The notes under the pieces: generated by a model | Told to the model about the DNA's origin: nothing | What the model saw: the letters and a program-made list of their open reading frames with translations, nothing else | The model's database searches: none | Shown here: piece by piece, positions 61,031 to 64,000 of the stretch | Position numbering within the stretch: position 1 is the first letter of the stretch | Layout of the letters: the number at the start of each line of letters is the position of its first letter | Translations under genes and position numbers: made by a program | Assembly (NCBI RefSeq): GCF_030028105.1 | Contig: NC_092390.1 | Span: forward strand, 7,006,001 to 7,070,000 | Length of the DNA: 64,000 nt | Origin: Mobula birostris | Taxonomy: Eukaryota | Direction: 5' to 3'

Positions 61031-63344
61031 ATGAAGAGTATAGATAGGGTACATGAAAGAAGGCTGTTTCCGCTGAGGTTGGGTGAGACTTGAACTAGGG
61101 GTCATGGGTTAAGGGTGAAAGATGAAATGTTTAAGAGAAACATGAGGGATTGTTCAGTTGACATGGACTAAATGGGTCAAAGGGCTTGCTTTTGTGCTGT
61201 AGTGTTCTATGAACTCCCCAAGGAAACCAGTCCCACAAACTCATCTCGGTTCTTCATCGGAATTTACGAGGACGCTGCTAGGATTTGAGGACAGGAGTTA
61301 TAGGGAAAGATTGAATAGGCTAGGACCTATACAAGTCTTAGCCTATTCAAAAAGAAGGAAAAGAAAGCAAGTGAAAGCTTTTCGCTGTGACAATTACTCT
61401 ATATGCTCTTTAAAAGGTCCCTCAAATTCTTTAGGCAATAATCAGCCTTGGGATCGAAATGGGCTACAAAATTTACCTTTCTTCAAAAAGACTTTTGAGG
61501 ATTAAGAGCTCTGTCCATGTGTTCCACCTTTCGGAATGACTGTTGATTATGTCTCTTTACACAGTTATATTTTCTTTTCTATCTTGTTACATGAATTGGA
61601 GCTATTCTGGGCTTGGCCTCCAGGCCAGCAAACAGTCCTGAACCAGTTACTGTCTTCCTGCTGGATGAGATTAAACTAGGGCACTTCTGCTGAGTGTATA
61701 AAGTGCCCTGGGTTCTGTGGGTCCTGGCATGGTGTGTGTGGCACGTAATGCTCACTGTATCTGTGTACCGTGCTGTTTGGTTTAACAGAAATAGAATTTG
61801 CAAACACAACACTTGTACATTGTGATCCAAGGTTTGACATAAAGGAGATTAGAATGACTATCCAATTCAGTGGGAAATAGCCTGGTCAAACAGTAATTGA
61901 ACCACACACTCAGAACTCACAAAAGCTTTGCTATTCACATTAAGACTGACATCTTTGAGCATGGTATGTCTAATAGCGTGTGGCACTAAATTCCTGACTC
62001 TTCAGGATCAACAGTCATGAACTTGAAACTCCAGAGCTGGCTGCAACTGAAGACTTTTCTTGCTTCAGATTCAGATTCATTTATTGATCACACATACATC
62101 AAAACATACAGTAAAGTGTGTTGTTTGCATTAACAATCAACACAGCCTAACGATTATACTGGGGGCAAGTGTCACCAAGTGTCATCCACATCGGAGTGGA
62201 CGTTTTTGTTTATTGCTGGCCAAACAACAGCAGAATGATCTTTAGAATCTGAGAGGTGTAAGAGCGGACACTTGGTCCATCAGTTGGTACTGTCCCACAT
62301 CTTCAGCAGCTCAGGTTCGATCTCACCCTCCGGCACTGACTGGAGCCTGGACGTTCCCTGATATCGGGTGGGCTTCCTCTAGTGCTTGGGTTTCCCTCCC
62401 CCATTCCAATTTAGGTGAAGTTGCTTAGATCCTGTCCACTGTAAATACCCCCCCCCCACCACCCAGTGTCAGTCATGAATAAGTGATAGAGCAGACTTAA
62501 TGGGCTGAATGCCCGAATTCTGTTCCTATGTCATATGGTCTTATGGCATTAAAAACTACACACAATCAGAGAATAACGAACAATGAATATGCAAAAAAAG
62601 ACAAATTGCGCGAATACAATAAAATAATAAGTGAATAAATGATATTGAGAACATGAGTTGTAAGGTCCTTGAAAGTGAGTGCGTAGCTTGTAGAATCAGT
62701 TTGGTGTTGAGGTGAGTGAAGTTATCCAGGCTGGTTCAGGAGCCTGATGGTTGAGGGGTAATAACTATTCCTGAACCCAGCGGTGTTGAGCGTAAGGTTC
62801 CTAAGCCTCCTTCCCGATGGCAGGAGCAAGAAGAGAGCATGGCCTGGATGGTGGAGATGCATGATGATAGATGCTCCTGGTAGGTGTCGTCAACGTTGCC
62901 AATAACATACCAATTCCAAGTTCCTCTCTCTGAACCTTTGCTTCTTCCTCACATATTCATTCCATTTTCCCTTAAAGCTAGTTACCTCTGTCTCCACCAG
63001 TATACAGCGAAGCCACATCATGGGCACAATCTTCCCCACCATGGAGAGCATCTTCGAAGGTCAGCGCTTCATGAAGGCAGCATCTATCATTAAGGACCCT
63101 CGTGATCCAGGATATGCCCCCTTCCCACTACCTACCACCATCAGCGAGGAGGAAAGTGCATACTCTTTAGGAACAGCTTCTTCCGTCTGCCGTCGGGTTA
63201 CTGAGTCATGAACGCTACCTCACTGTTCCTGTTTTGTACTATTTATTGATTTTATTCCTTTTTGTAACTTTGTCATGTTTTATGTCTTGCACTGTACAAA
63301 ACAGCACATTTCATGACACATACTTAGTGGTTATTTTATTAAGT

Positions 63345-63633
63345 ACCTCCCCTACCTAATAAAGTGGCCACTGTGTACCTTCGTGATCCTCTGCTGCTGT
63401 AAGCCCATCCACTTCAAGCTTCAACATGTCTGTGCAGAGATGCTGTTCTGCACACCTATGTTGTAACGTGTAGTTATTTGAGTTACTGTCAGTCTTCTGT
63501 CCATTCTGCTCTGAACTCTCTCATTAACAAGATGTTTTCACCCACAGAACTACCACTCACTGGATTTTTTTTGTTTTTTTTGCACCATTCTCTGTAAACT
63601 CTAGAGACCGTTGTGCGTGAAAATCCCAGGAGA
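63345..63633. mobile_element. Tc1/mariner-like non-autonomous remnant
   Basis: acctaataaagtggccactg TIR motif and the accattctctgtaaactctagagac...gtgaaaatcccaggagat segment recalled from fish Tc1 elements. Confidence 0.7.
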
Positions 63634-64000
63634 TAATGGGACAATGTCTTTCCTGTCAAGGAGGGTCAGTCTGCTGATGTATTAGATCTTAATAAACTAA
63701 CGTCCTCTCTCACTGTCCTATCAGATGAGAAACTGAGTTGTGCAGTCCTTAGAAGTGAGTCTGTAGGTTGTAGAATCAGAGTTGTGATGAGTGAAATTAT
63801 CCATGCCAGTTCAAGAGCCTGATGATTGTGGGATAAGTGTCGGTTTACCCTACAACCATCAGGACAAAAGGTAAATTTAGTTTGGTTTCCCCTCTGTGAT
63901 GTGCCTAAGGGATAATATAGGTGCTGCCTAAATACAGATTTCCATTTTTATCATGGGAGAGGGTGAAGAAGAGGCAGTCTCTGGATATAGGGAACCTTTT

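Noticed and set aside
61676-61711. Hairpin ctagggcactt...aagtgccctgg with an AAAGTGC seed-like motif as a pre-miRNA
   Set aside because: The stem is only ~11-14 bp and flanking pairing does not extend to pre-miRNA length.

Overview
Eukaryotic, repeat-dense vertebrate genomic DNA. The repeat repertoire (CR1 LINEs, Rex1/Babar-like LINEs, V-domain and Deu-domain SINEs, Penelope-like elements) points to a cartilaginous fish, probably a ray; this is inferred from repeat content only. I recognise no intact host protein-coding exon. Nearly all long ORFs belong to decayed retroelements: a near full-length CR1 (SGNH-esterase ORF1 plus APE/RT ORF2), a second CR1 RT region, Rex1/Babar fragments and Penelope RT/GIY-YIG fragments. 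A CpG island at about 46.2-48.0 kb, together with good splice sites, suggests a minus-strand gene with non-coding first exons (47072-~47320 and a 33-nt exon at 46274-46306) and a possible 26-nt microexon at 9389-9414, so most of the window may be its intron. Main observations: (1) ten dispersed 38-nt minimal hammerhead ribozyme motifs in Penelope terminal repeats, whose reconstructed consensus has a complete catalytic core and whose copies are damaged mainly at CpG sites; (2) a Penelope copy interrupted by a solo LTR (4-bp TSD) and by a CR1 19 bp away; (3) candidate intronic regulatory modules (near-perfect PPRE/DR1, RCGTG cluster). Two assembly gaps are present. Family names come from motif recall, not database searches, and repeat boundaries are approximate.
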